A stretch of DNA of 64,000 nucleotides from Thalia democratica (taxonomy: Eukaryota): NCBI GenBank assembly GCA_965202585.1, contig OZ241827.1:74400001-74464000 (forward strand), in the 5' to 3' direction. Each line of letters begins with the position of its first letter. The stretch's first letter is position 1. The position numbers and the translations under genes are program-made. This document shows positions 1-19,500 of this stretch, in pieces. The notes under the pieces were generated by a model. It was not told the origin of the DNA. It saw only the letters and a program-made list of their open reading frames with translations, and searched no databases.

Positions 1-157
1 CCGGTACATCACTAGCTGCAACGATGTAGTAAGTCTAATATGTAACAAATATAAGTTATGCCGTTAGTAAAGTAGTTGCTGTATAAATGTTCATATTAAA
101 TAACCAGTTAACTCTAAATCTATAAATCACTATTATTTTCCCTTTATCTCACTACAG

Positions 158-565
158 GGAAGTTCCCTTCAGCGATATGTCGAATATGGAGTGCGGCATG
201 AAGATAGCGTTGGAGGGTGTCAGGGTTAAAATTCCTCCGGGTATTTCCCCGCACGTGTGCAAGCTCATGAGGATTTGCATGAATGAGGACCCTGCAAAGA
301 GGCCTAGGTACTTTTATATTATGTTTATTTTTACTCTTTAGTTATTTATTCTTTACAATTTATATTTTTATTTCAATTAATAACATTAATCCAGTCAAAT
401 TTGACAAGTAGTAGTTATATTCCTAGTTATTATTACTTATTTACTTTATATCATTTATTTTATTTCAAAAATAGTAGTAATTATATCGTAGTCTAGTTTT
501 TTAATTCTTTACTTATTTGAAGGTTCGACATGATCCTACCCATACTCGAAAAGATGATCGCTTGA
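158..565 (+). CDS. ILK: Integrin-linked kinase, last two coding exons (158-307, 523-565); gene begins before the window
   Basis: Spliced translation [50 protein letters not shown]|[13 protein letters not shown] matches the well-known ILK C-terminus ([61 protein letters not shown]). AG acceptors at 156-157 and 521-522, GT donor at 308, TGA at 563-565. Confidence 0.93.
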
Positions 566-2214
566 GTGATTGAGTGTGGAAAAATAAAGAAAATAAAACT
601 GCTTTTTTTGGGACTTTTATCTCTATTTTTGTATTAGTTTGTTATCCTGTGTCAAAACAGATGATTGCCTGTAAGAAAAAACAAGCAACTTCTCTTGCTC
701 GAAATTGACTTTGAAATTTTTCCCGATCAGAACAAAACATTTTTTGAGATTTATTATGATTTTTTATGTCCTCCTTCCCCACAATGAAGAAAATACTTGA
801 AATTTTGAATTATAAAATTATTAAAAAGCTTTTTTTTATAGTGAAAACGCTCTATTCACCTTAAAATGGGTAGTTGTATTTAAAATGTGTATTTTTCAGC
901 TAAAATGACAATCAGCTCAAAAATGATTTAAAAATTGCTCTTTTTTATTGTTGTTGAAATAAATTCAAAATATAAAACATACAGTAACCTTTTATTATTT
1001 TGAAATTTGTACTTTTTTGTTAAGTCCATAAAAGTAATGATAACCAAAGCTATTATTCTTGATTTTACTTTAATTTTTTTTACAATGAAATACTATGAAA
1101 AAAATTACACTACTTGATTCTCAATCAAAACTTCAAAACAAATGGAGATGCTTTTAATTGTGATATTTAGTTTTACAAACTGTCTAAAGTACAAAACAAT
1201 ATTTTGAAATCCTACGTTCAAGTGACCAGTGTTTTAAGCTTAACTTGGTTATCAAAGTTGTAAAGTTTTCATGTTTTAAGGGAATATTATAAACCAAAAC
1301 AAATGAAGCAAGTGAACTAAACATTAATTAAATCGCTCTACATTGAATCTTATTTGTTTAGTGATATGTCTCTTGTTTTATCCATGTTGTTCACCCATTT
1401 TACTTGTAAATAATGCAGTTTTTTTTTGCACCATTTTTTTAACAGCCTATCAGCTTTTCGTGTTTATATGCCATTTGTTTTGCCTTTGCAATAATCTTTA
1501 TTTTTGAGGACTTTTTCTATGAATAATTTCAATGACATTTTTTTCTACTGATTATCTGTATTATTTTAAAACTATGATTATTTCTTTTTTTGCTAATGCC
1601 CTGCGTGGTGTAGAGTTTGATAAGCAGCTAAAACAAATTTTAAAAAATATCAAAAGTATTTTTATACAATTTTGTATTTTACAATAAAAGTTAAGCAAGA
1701 TCAAAACATCAAAATAAAAACTATTTTGTTCTAATTACACATTTAAGCTTGTTTTTTAAATGTATTTTTCAATCAAGTATTTCCTTTACTTTCCAATCCG
1801 TCTCAACTAATTTTACTTTCTGTCATCACTTTCATCAAAATATTTTTTTATACTTGAATGCTGAATTGAATTGAACCTATTTTTTTGTACATACAGCTAT
1901 TTGCAAATAAAAGAACATATTGTTTAAAAAATTAAAAATTTTGAAAACAATTTATATGTATTATTTTTACAGCTATTTTTTAAAATTTTACAGATTTATT
2001 TTGTTTTACAAATTAAAAAAATTACAATTAAAAAAAAAAAAAAAAATTACCCAAAGTTTTTTTTGATTTAATTGGCTGTACTTTTCTGCCAGCAACATAA
2101 AAATTCAACTCAAGACTTTTAATTTGTAAAAGCATTTAAATTGAAACAGTTTTCACAAACTTTTGTACATACTGTTGAACTCTATTACTTTTTACAGCTC
2201 TTATATACAAATAA

Positions 2215-8130
<5,916 letters not shown>

Positions 8131-8456
8131 TTTAATTTAATATAGGTTTTATTTAGCTTTTTTAATATGTTTCTGTTTTTTGCTTGTACGCTAGCAAGTT
8201 GTTATTCAATTAGAGTTGATTATTCCAATTTAGATATTTTTATTAGTTTAAAGCACGTTTTGAATATGTTGCTTATGTAATAAACTTATTTACAGATTCA
8301 CGTTTTATCATAGTTTTTTTACTTTCAAAAAAACTAAGCTGAATTAGTTTTAGCTTGTCAAATATTTTAGGACAAATAATAATGAAATAATATGAATGAT
8401 AAAACTAGTTTGTGATAAATTTTATTTAGTTTAATTTGATAATTTTCTATTTATGC

Positions 8457-8671
8457 CAGGGTTTTTAAACTTTTTTTCAAAGGCCCCCTTTAGATAAATA
8501 AAAAAAGCCATGGCCCCCTCCAACAAGATTACTCAAAAAACAGCACTAAAAACAACTAAGGCCTTTTTTTTGCTGATCATCATCATCATCAACTCTAGAG
8601 TATCTAGTATATGTTTCATGGCCCCCCTGTGGCCCCTTACTGCTCATGGCCCAGCCTTTGAAGTACCTTTG
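8457..8671. mobile_element. Probable degenerate hAT-like MITE
   Basis: Starts CAGGGTTTTTAAAC, has repeated GGCCCC motifs and a degenerate right end (TTTGAAGTACCTTTG). No clear TSD. Confidence 0.35.
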
Positions 8672-11600
8672 CTGCTTATTTCCCCCAAAGTTTCTTTCAT
8701 GGTCCCCAACTGGGCCACTTTATGCATTACTATTATTCATTAAGTAAACTAAAAGTACTAAGATAATTCTTTAGCGACTATTTGTTTATATACTGTTAAC
8801 TAGTTGAGAACATTTATGTAGTTAAAATTAATTTAGTATTAAAAAGTTTTTAATGAAAGAATTAAGTTTAAATTAAGCATTAATTTTAGTTTCATATAAA
8901 TAAGAACCCCTTTTTTGATATATTCAAAACTTGGGGAAAATCATGCGTTGGTAAAAGCATTTGATATCAATTATTTGAAGCTTTGTGTTACTAACAAAGT
9001 TATTTAATAAAGGTTAACTGGTAAGTTATTTTGATCTCAAAAATCATTCTATAATTTTAAAAACATAAAAAGATAATTTTGTAAATATTAATTTAAAGTA
9101 CTGGTGCAGATTTTTTTTCTGCTCAAGGTTCAAGGGCGAATTTAAATGTTATAATAAAAATGCTTGAAATAATTTATTTAATTAATACAAAAGCACATAC
9201 CATGAACTCTATTTCCAATGCATAACAGAAGTATCTTTTTCAAAGAAGCAAACACAGAAATTTTTGTTTTACTCACGACATAAGGGTTTCCCAAACATAT
9301 TCAGAAAATTAAATAATAACAGTCGTGTAAATTTAAATTATCCCATCATTTGATTTATAAATCTTAGAATTAGTAATTTAGGTTAGTTATTACCCCTTAC
9401 TGCCCAAAATGTAAAATTGTACCCCGTCAAAGTTATTGCCCCGATTTGCTAAAATCGCCCAAATTCAAAAACCCTGCTAAAACTATAATATAAAATTAGT
9501 TTTCACAGTACAAAAAATAAACGATAAAGTCAGTTTATAAATCTAGAAAATGTGTAAGTTCTTGAATAATGGTCAAGTATAATTAGTATTTGTCTGACTA
9601 AATAATAACAAAAGTTAATTTGTACTAATAACTATTTTTTGTAGATTAATATTTAAAGAAAGTTGACCTACAAATGAAGCCAACTATTTTTTTAAATAAT
9701 AACACATTGAGTTAGTAAAAATTATTGGTAGTTGCAATAAGTAGATAAAAACATATACAAAATTATTAATTAAAAGTTTTAAGACTAAGATTTTACTAGT
9801 TTTTTATATGATATTCATATAGTAAAAGTCAAAAGTTTTTATATATATTTTAATTTTGGTTTAAGCTAGTGGTTTAAAATATTTTAATCAGTTTAATGTA
9901 ATACTCATCTTTTTTTATTTTATTTATCAGTAAAAATAAAAACTTCCAAGCAAACTTAAACCACTTCAAAAATAAAAAAGTTTTCATAAGCTAACTAGTG
10001 GAAGATAAAAAGTTTCATTATACGGTCAAAATGCGGTTTAGTTGTTTAAATTAAATCGAAACAAGTTAACACATTTTAATATGTTTATATTCACAAGCGG
10101 CTTGGTAAAAAAATATTTTTTTTTAACTTTTGTATTGAAAGACTTAAACAATCAGTTGTTCAAACTTTTCACAAAAAAATTAAGCAAGTTTGTTGTGTTT
10201 CAACTGCTTTTTTTTTATATTGTAGCTCAGTTACGAAAAATAAAACTTTTTCTGATTACGTTGTAAGAAGAGAGAGCATTAGATATATGAATTAAGTCAT
10301 TTTTTAAAATGTTTTACCCAATAATTATTCTGAAAAACATAATATTAATTACATCCGAACAAGTTATGAGCTAGTTTGTTCTAATTAGTTATAAATTGAT
10401 TAGTCAAACAACCTTTAAAGTTTTACTAGAATTTATTTATTAGGTCAATGTTTTATTCGGTCATTCTTTTTTAGCTTTAAATATTAGTTTTAATCTCTCA
10501 TCCAGGTTTCTTTATTAGTCACAAATAAGCAAATTACTTAAGATAAATAGTTTAGGTTTTAAATAAATTCTGTTCAAGACAAATTAATCTATCATAACAT
10601 ATAAATGTATTGTATATATTCTGGTTAACTATCTAATTAAGGCTCAACGACCTCATAGTATCATTAAAACATTTAACCGACGACATTCCTTTGTTTTTAG
10701 ATTTTTTGCACTCACGAAAGTGTTTTGTATCCAATTAGTGTCTTTTAGTCTAATATTTTCAAAAGCAACAGATACTTACTTTTGTTAGAAAGTCAAACCA
10801 AGGTTTAGCCAAATAATAATGGTTGGCAAAATAACTTGTGACTTAAAAACTAATGGCATTTCATTTAAGTATCTTAGCTTTTATATACACGGTTAAGAGC
10901 AAATCGTTTGAAGAACGATCAAATGTGTTTTTTGTTTTATTTTTAGTTGAAATTATTGCCTCAACACAAGAAAAGTTGCGTTTTAGAAGTTTCTAATTAA
11001 ACCTCACTAAGTACCATACCTATCGGTAAGAAACTTCACTTGCTTTTAGAAAAGCGTTGTGATAGTTGCATCTTAATTAAATTGTGTATGCAAACATTTT
11101 TTCAGTGGTTAAAATAAAAAATTCAACTAGTAACAGTATGTTTAGAATTAAATAAATAAAAATGTGCTTTAAAATATCCAAGTTTAACTTAGTGTACAAC
11201 ATTTTTAAGTATATTAATTACTCAATTATTGCTGTGTTAAATCTAAATGAAGATTCTAAACTTATTAATAATCTTAAGAAAAGACCCATTTAAAAGTCAA
11301 CCAAAAGAGCTTTTAAATTTAAAGAGTAAAAGAGCAAGTACACTTTGTACTTGTAAAGATTTATGTGTTTTAAGTTTTTGTAATTCTTAAGTAATACCAC
11401 AAGGTTATTTAAAAATTATCTACTAAAATTTTAATATATGCGTTTTAATAAACGAAATCTTGATAGTTTATTTCAAAATACATAAACACACAATCAAGCT
11501 TTAATTTAGTTGCACTGCACAATTCTAATTTATCAAACTATTTTGTTCTAACTACAACTTTGAAGAGTAAAACAAGAGTTTTGTTAAACAACGTTTGGAC

Positions 11601-14600
11601 TAATGAAATTAGTTCTTAAATTTTAAACTTGGATGATTTACTTTATATCAAAAAAACATTTAGTATTGATTTAAAACTTGTATCAAGCTTACTTTTAGAA
11701 ATTCTAACTAAACAGTATTAGTTGAAAAAAGTATTTAATAGATTTGTGTCTATCTAACATACAATTTATTAAAAACTGTTACCTAAAAATTTATTGTACT
11801 TGTTAAAAAATGCACAAATCTAATGAATGAGTCAACTAATGTTTTTATCTTACTAATACTTCGTTACCAAAAAGTTTACATCCATAATAATAAAAAGAGT
11901 AAATAGTTTTCAATAAGTTGACCAAAACAAAACGATATTTGAAAACTTTTAAGCTATATTAACTAAACACTTTTCTAATTATTAACATAGTTCTAACAGA
12001 AATAATAAAAACCTTTTTTTAAATTTAACTTCTTAGTTTTTTTAGAAAAAAAATATATAATAAAACTGTAATTTGAATACAATATCAAAAAAACATGTAA
12101 TACTAAAACAGAAGCTTTCTTTAATTAATGATGTTTATTTACTGTCTAAGTCAGGTTCACAATAAAATTTTAAGTCTTGACAAAATCTTTTTTGGAAGAT
12201 CAACTGATTTTTTAATTTTTTTTAAATAAAGTTATTAAATGCAGAACAACAAACTTCGTATACTTTGATTTTCAAGTTATACAAATTGTATATTGTAGTA
12301 AGTTATGCAAACTACATAAAATGTGGATATTTTTTTTTCTAATTAAGATATGATGATTTTTATTCATTAGAATAGTAGAACATTATTTTATAAAAGATTG
12401 TAAAAATTAAACATCAGTTGAGTAATTAAGAATAAAATAAGTCTTAGAGTTATAAATTTAAAGTTTTTTTGTTAGAGTTTAATTATTTACGTTAATGACC
12501 AATTTAATACGCTTTAATCTAAGACTATCTTTAAAGAACCATTAAACAAATCGTATGTGATTAAATGTTTGGTCGACTTATAAGAGCAGTAATAAATTAT
12601 GCTAAAAATATTTTAAGCTAAGCTAAAAAAGTTTAACTGTGAAAACTATATTGAGAAACATTGTTTTAGAAACGTCTATTTCATATAATGATGAACTAAT
12701 GTTTCACATTAGTCTGTTCATTTACAACAAGATTCAAAGTTACAAACTGTTTAAAGAACTAAAAAAATCTCAATTATATGAATAATTCACTCAAAACTAA
12801 TAGTAGAAAAAGCAGTTTTTAATAATTAAGGTTGTAGTTGAGTTACTACGAAAGTCTGTAAATAATAAGACATCAATTAGTGTAAAATCAATTGAATTTG
12901 GAACATATAAATTTGATATTTTTTCTCAACTAAATGTATACGTATAACTTGTTAAAGTAACTTCAATGTTGCACTCCTATTGGCAGGCCTAAGCTCAAAA
13001 AGTCGTTTTTTGTTAGAAAAAAGTTTAACATTTCTGTATTAACTTCTAAAAATATATAAGGTCAAAACAATGTCAGAAGCAAAGTTTTAGATACTTAATA
13101 TTGTTTATTAAATAAACTCTTTGATATTAAAGTAATTCAAGCAAGTACCTACCTTCAACAAACCTTCTCTAAAAAAACGGTACTAAATAAAAGCACTCAC
13201 AATGTTTCATTTAAAGTTTAAGATAACGTTTTTTACTTTTGCACATATATTTTTATGTTTAAATTAATTATGTTATAGTTCTTTACTAAAATATTATTTG
13301 TTTCCAAATTTTATATCCTTTTTGTAATAAACTATTGATGCAAATGAAACTTAAAATATACTCATAAACTTTATGTCCGAGGGTATGTTTATAGAAGTAT
13401 TGTCTAACTATTTTCTCTAAACAAACATTAAGCTATAATCCTTGTAAGTGACTAGTTTATGCAATTAATCTAGTAGAGCTCAAGCATCCTTAATAATATA
13501 ATTTTAAGCACTATTATAGGTTTGTTATGTATTAATCATTTTTATATTTCTCAACACAAATTTAACTTAGAAATTCATCACTAGCTCTGATGATTTTAAT
13601 TACTAAAAACATTTTTAATATGTTTGAGAAAAAAAAGTTGATCTGTAAATAACACTAAGATTATACAGCTTACTCACTATATTTTATACCTTTTTTAACA
13701 AATCAACACAAAAGCTTTTAAATACTTATAAGAAATACTCTTTTAATACTGTATTTTGTTTGTGAAAAAAATGTATATAGATGCTTATATAAGTTAATGT
13801 TTTTATACAATTAATAACTGTACTTTAATGTACAGCTAAGTTGAAATTTTTTATTTCAGCGTCAGGTCTGAGATAACAAGTTTTAGTTCGACTAATTTGG
13901 TTACTAATTACTATTAAAAGGTGTTTACGAAGAGAGCTAATATCTATTTACTTTTGTAAAAAATTTTTGCTAGCATATGAAATGCTTGTTGTGTCGTTTA
14001 TTTTAGGACTAATTAAAAAACTGAAGTACTTTAAGTTTGTTATACTAAGGTTTACTTTGAAAAATAAGAACAGTACTAAAAAACTATTACACATTTCAGT
14101 TTCTTTGAAAATATATAAAAGTTTTATAAGATTACTTCAGTAACTAAAACCTCAAACTAAAATGAAACTTTGTTACAAATTTTCTGCTTGAGAAATATTT
14201 ATTATTTTTAGTCATAAATTAAAATTTAATTCTATTAATTAATTTTTGATTTTTTTTCACTAGTTCACAACTTTAAGAATAAATTATCTTTATAAACTTT
14301 AACAATTTGATTCTGTTACATAAAAACAAAGAAAATAAAACCTTTCAACAGAAGTTTATTTTGAATTAGTTGTATCTGCTGTATATGTTTAGTTTAGCTA
14401 TAAGCTAAAATGTATACTTTGGTTGAATTTTATGAAAGCGACTACAGTTAGATTCTTAGAAGTTAGTTCAAATATACTTATAGTTTTAAAGTAAACAACT
14501 TACATGGTTTGCTAGTTAACTAGATTAGTTTTTAAATGTTTTATAAAAGCATAAGTTTTGTTTAAGGTTGTAAGCTTAATTTAGAAAAGAATTTTTAGTA

Positions 14601-14967
14601 GAACTAGGTATTTAATATAGTTTTCAACTACTGAAGTTAGTTATTATACATTTTCTAAAAAGCATTCGTTAGCAATTATACTAAAACAATGTGTTAGGTG
14701 TTGGTAAAAGTAACTTTTCAACAAAACTTTCATTTGGTGTTTTGTACGTTAAATATATTAAAGTGATAGTAACTGGTTCAAGTCAGTTTTTATTTCCCTT
14801 ATTTACTTGTTTTACTTATATAAAGACCTTACACATCAAAATGTACAATTAAAGATACCAAGATTGTGTAAGTAGCAAAGAAGAAAAAGAATGAAAATAT
14901 ATGAACAATTATAAGCTTCAACTTTTTACTTAATTGAATAAAAATCTTCAGCTGGAGCGATTTGAGC

Positions 14968-15094
14968 TATAAAAGCGCATTTAAATTATGACGTATGAAT
15001 CGAAAAAATTTCTGTTCATTTTTCTACCTGAGCTTAAGTTTAATTGGAATAAAACTTTACAGAAATCATCACATGTGCCAACTATTATTGCAAG
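14968..15094 (+). promoter_or_regulatory. Possible TATA box and short 5' exon upstream of the HLH gene
   Basis: TATAAAAG at 14968-14975 in a locally GC-richer patch and a donor-like CAAG|GTTAGT at 15094/15095, about 1.45 kb upstream of the acceptor preceding the HLH ATG. Motif evidence only. Confidence 0.25.
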
Positions 15095-16547
15095 GTTAGT
15101 TTTTATTTGGTTTTCTCTTTATTTTTATTACTTATATAGTTTTGATTAAAGTTTATTTACTTTAGTATTTATTTTCAATATAAAATAAGCTTAAATCTGT
15201 ATAAACTCTCATTTTTCAAATTCAAAAGTCGTGTATGTTAAATTAAAAATAGATATAGTTAGATAAACAAAGCTAAAAGTTAGATTAACAATACTTTAAA
15301 TATAAATTAAGTATATTGTTGGTCTATTTTTTAAACATAGTGTTAAAATATCTATACAGTTGTACTGGTTAAGTAAGTTTTTAGGTGTTAAACTATTCTT
15401 AAAAAGATGGACAAGTATAAATTAAAAGCTTGTAATAGTTTTTTTTTTTTTCATAGTTTGTATTAGATTAGTGTCAAAGAAAACTTAGTTCTTGACTATA
15501 AGTTTTTTTTTAATTATTAAGGTCGACACTACAACATAAACTCAAAAATAGATTAATTTTGTTTTTAAAAGAAGATAAGTTATTAACAACCTAAGTTACT
15601 TATGTGCTTTTTGTTAATTCTGAGTTTATAAGTCTTGCTTTGCTCAAGTATAATTTTAAATAATAAACTAAAGGCAGTTTACAAACAAAAGTTGTTGGGC
15701 ATAAATGAAAAGTTGTACCAAAGATAGTTTACATACTATTCTGCTCATTACATATATTTGTGTTGATTATGTAAAGTTATGAAGTTTCTAGATTCTAGCC
15801 TTTTCATGCATCTAAGTTCTTTTGAATTTTGGTGTTAATACTTATTAGTAACATTTATCTTAATAATTTGTTCATATAAAAAAAAAGAACTTTCTATTAT
15901 GCTAGTAATTTTTATATCTCAATAAAACCAAATACTAAAACAGCCTTACTAGATTTCAAAAATGGCTAGTCTTGAAATGTCATGACCAACTTAAATACTT
16001 AACTTACATTTTTAGGAATTGAATTATATTTTATATGATTAGAACTAAATTAGATTAAGCTAAGGAAGTCAACAGACTTATATAAAGCAGTTTAAAATGT
16101 GATTTAATTATTTAATATGTAAAGTAAATTTGATTAACTAACTTAGACTCTACCTTTTTTAGATAGAAGTAGCTCATTTAATACATAAACATTTATAAAG
16201 TTTAAAAAAAACATTAAGTTTTAAAGTAAATAACTCATGTTCAAAGTTTTTTCTACACCTAACATTTTTATGTGTGCTGCTAACGAAAATCTTAGTTGTA
16301 GAAACTTTAGTTGTTTACCCCTAAGAGGTATAATCTTTAAACGAATATACAACAAACTTCAATTTTATCTAGTTACACATTTCTGTCGAGAATTGCTAAC
16401 TAAAAAAACTTATCAAAATAAACATGTTTAGTAGTGCAACTTAACAATAGTTAACAGAATTCAAGCACTAATAAATTATAGTTTGCATAAAAATATTTAA
16501 TTTAAATGAGATAGTCGATAATAGAAATATTAAAACACCAAAATAGT

Positions 16548-19500
16548 ATGGCAGACGAAGAAAAAGTAGATGAAACCACACATGGAAAGATTAATGGATC
16601 AATAGACACCCTGTGGAACATGATACCAAACATTCCTGAGGGAACCAAAGCCACTAAGCTCAAGGTTTGTTTGGATTTAAAATCTAATTTTGTAGATCTA
16701 TTCAGCTAAAAAACAAAATTTATTATAGATGTTTAAATTTTGGCTTCTTTTAACTACTGTGCTCACTCTTTTCGAAGTGAAGAACTAAACATAATTCTTT
16801 GTTAGTTGCTAATAACAAATTACCCTTAATCATGTCTGTTAATTAATTTTTATGACATGCTTAGTTTCTTAGTTTGTGTGAAAAACAGGAGTTATGTATA
16901 TTTATATAAAGTTATTATAAACAGTGTTTTACTTAAAAAGAAAAGTTGAAATTATCAACTTCAAACATTTTTTATTAACAAAGTCTGTATTGCACTTAAA
17001 TATTTTCCAGGTTCTCAAATACACAATTCAGTATTTGAACTACCTAAAGCAGAAAAAGAATATTTTAAGGGAACTGACGAACCAGGATTTTGACGAATTT
17101 ATACCAATTCCAAGAGCTCCCAAGCACAGGAAAGGAACCAAAATTAAAGTTGGTTGACAATTTTTTCTGTTCATGCTAACGTTTTCTATACTTTTAAATA
17201 CTTTAAACTGAGCAGAAATTAAAATGCTAACTGTTTAAACACCAATTTAAAACACCAAAACACTATTTGTTTCATTTTTTTTATGTTTAATTTTGTATGA
17301 AAGTTTTGCATATGTCACTGCGTCTTTTAAAGACCATTATATATTTAATTATTTTTAAAGTCTGTCGAAAGTCTAACATTCTAATTGTTTTAACATAGTA
17401 ACATACGTTAAAATATAATTGGGTGATCTTTTTCTACATTTTCTTAATGCTAGACTGAAAAAGACCACAAATTATAGTCGTTTTTTACTCAAAGTACAGT
17501 TAAGTTTATGATCATTTTACATGTAATTTTGAACACTATACTCCGTTAGATAGTCTTAAAAGATCCTTAAAACTTTCTTATTACCTTAAAATAAGGTTTA
17601 AAACTGGGAGAAACACTACAAGAAGGTTAGTCGTTAAAACTTTTCTGTTAAGGTTTCTCATAATTCCATGTATAACTTTTAAATTTTACCTTTACGCTCA
17701 ACGAAATTTTAGTATATAGTTAGAATTTATTTTTGTTCAAATAAATCAAACATAACTAGTTTACATTAGATTTATATTTGAGATTTTATATTAATGTTGT
17801 ATATCTAGTTTACAATTTTTAAAACTTAAATCTTAAACCTAGTTCTATCTATTTGAAAATAATAAACTATTGCATTTGTGTTTTGTTTAATAATAGCCGT
17901 TGTAAATATAACTTGTTTTAAAAATATTTCTATAGTGGTTAAATTGTATTTTGTACGTTTTATGTATCCAATTACTACTATAGTGTATATAAAATACTGC
18001 ATTTGTTAGGTTTGTTTTACTTAAAATAAACTTATTTTTAAACAATAAAATTTTCCTATAAGTTCTATAACATTAAATTATAATTTCATCTAACTTTACT
18101 ACGCTATAAGGTTTTTTAAAGTCAACATTCTAAACTAGGGTTTCACAAACTCATTTTTAAATAATTTTAAAACAATCACCGTATTCATTACTAACCCCAG
18201 AATACATTGTGTAAGTTTCAAATTTCCAGTAAGTTGTACTTAAAACAATACAAATAGCTTTTCATATATAGAAAACAAACAACTTAATCTTTTAAATTCT
18301 GTCTACATTAGTAATGGACTAGTTAGTAACACTAAATGAAAAAGAAATGATTGATATATAATAAAACATTAGTATTAATTAAACAATTAATAAATAATTA
18401 AATAATTAATAATTAATAATTAATTGCAACTGATCCTTTAAGATTTTTACCTTGAAAATTTAGAAAAGTTTCTATTAAACCTTAAAAATTTAGAAAAGTC
18501 CTTAAAAATTTAGAAATTGATGTTGTAAATACTATTTGTAAGCAATATTAAAACAAACCGTTCGAATTTAGCCGCCACAGCCGAAGAAACCTAGGAAGGT
18601 GGGCAAGAAACTGGCGAACATCAAAGCGGAGATGGCCGCCTACTACGCCTCCCAGCAGCAGCTTGGACCTAGCAGCCATGACAACCACCACCTTCAAGGT
18701 TACCCTGGGTACCACCACATCGAGGACCAGCCCATCGACTACACCAAGCGGCCGTCCAACATCGTGCAGGCCATCCACCAGTACGGCGGGAAGAGGGCGT
18801 ACCACGCGGTGGCGGCGAAGAGCGGCGAGCAGTCGCCCATGTCGACTGGGGGTCACGTGATCCACATGAACGAGGCGTCATCCAGTGGCAAGGATGAAAA
18901 ATCCCCGCAACAGCAACACGATCCCTCGTACGTCTTCTACAAGTACCGCAAGGTCAACGAGCACGCGCAGGCCGTGGTCGAACTGAACCACCCGCACCAC
19001 CACCACCATTTCGCAACTCAGGTGTTTCCCCACCACCCTAACGCCACCGCTATTCGCTACTACCACGGCCCGCCGCCGCACATGAACCCCCACCACATGT
19101 ACGGGGGATACCCGCACCACGTGAGCTACTACCAGCCGGCCAGGCACCACTACCGCATGCCGCCCCATCACGTGACCCACCACCCCGTCATGGTGCGCCA
19201 CCACCACAACAACGGCAGGACGGGCTTCAGGAAGCGGCACCGGTACCCGAACGCGCAGGCCAAGATGAAGCAGGCGGTGGCGGCCATCAACGCCCAGCAG
19301 CAGGCCCAAGGGGGAAGTTCCCAAACAACCGACGACAGCTCGTCCAATCACGTGAGAGATTTTTTTTTTGTGGTAATTTTTGAAGTTTTTTAGCAATTTT
19401 GTGCTCTTTTTAAATTTCATGAACAGGACAACTTATCCTTGTTGCAACACAGATATCTTGCAGTGTTTTTTAGTCTTAGTTAAATTTTTCAGGAGTACGA

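Noticed and set aside
2030-2046. 17-A run as a retroposon tail
   Set aside because: No upstream SINE/LINE body or TSD is visible, and homopolymers are common in this DNA.
8457-9476. CAGGGTTTTT ... AAAAACCCTG as TIRs of one 1-kb element
   Set aside because: The match is only 10 bp and there is no target-site duplication. These are more likely ends of separate decayed elements.
14988-15094. In-frame upstream ATG that could extend the HLH protein by 36 aa (MTYESKKFLF...)
   Set aside because: It lies only 13 nt after the putative TATA box, has non-coding-like composition and would not supply a basic region. I left it out of the model.
16989-16998. TATTGCACTT, resembling the 5' end of miR-92
   Set aside because: The match is only 10 nt, with no hairpin, and lies within the acceptor region of an intron.
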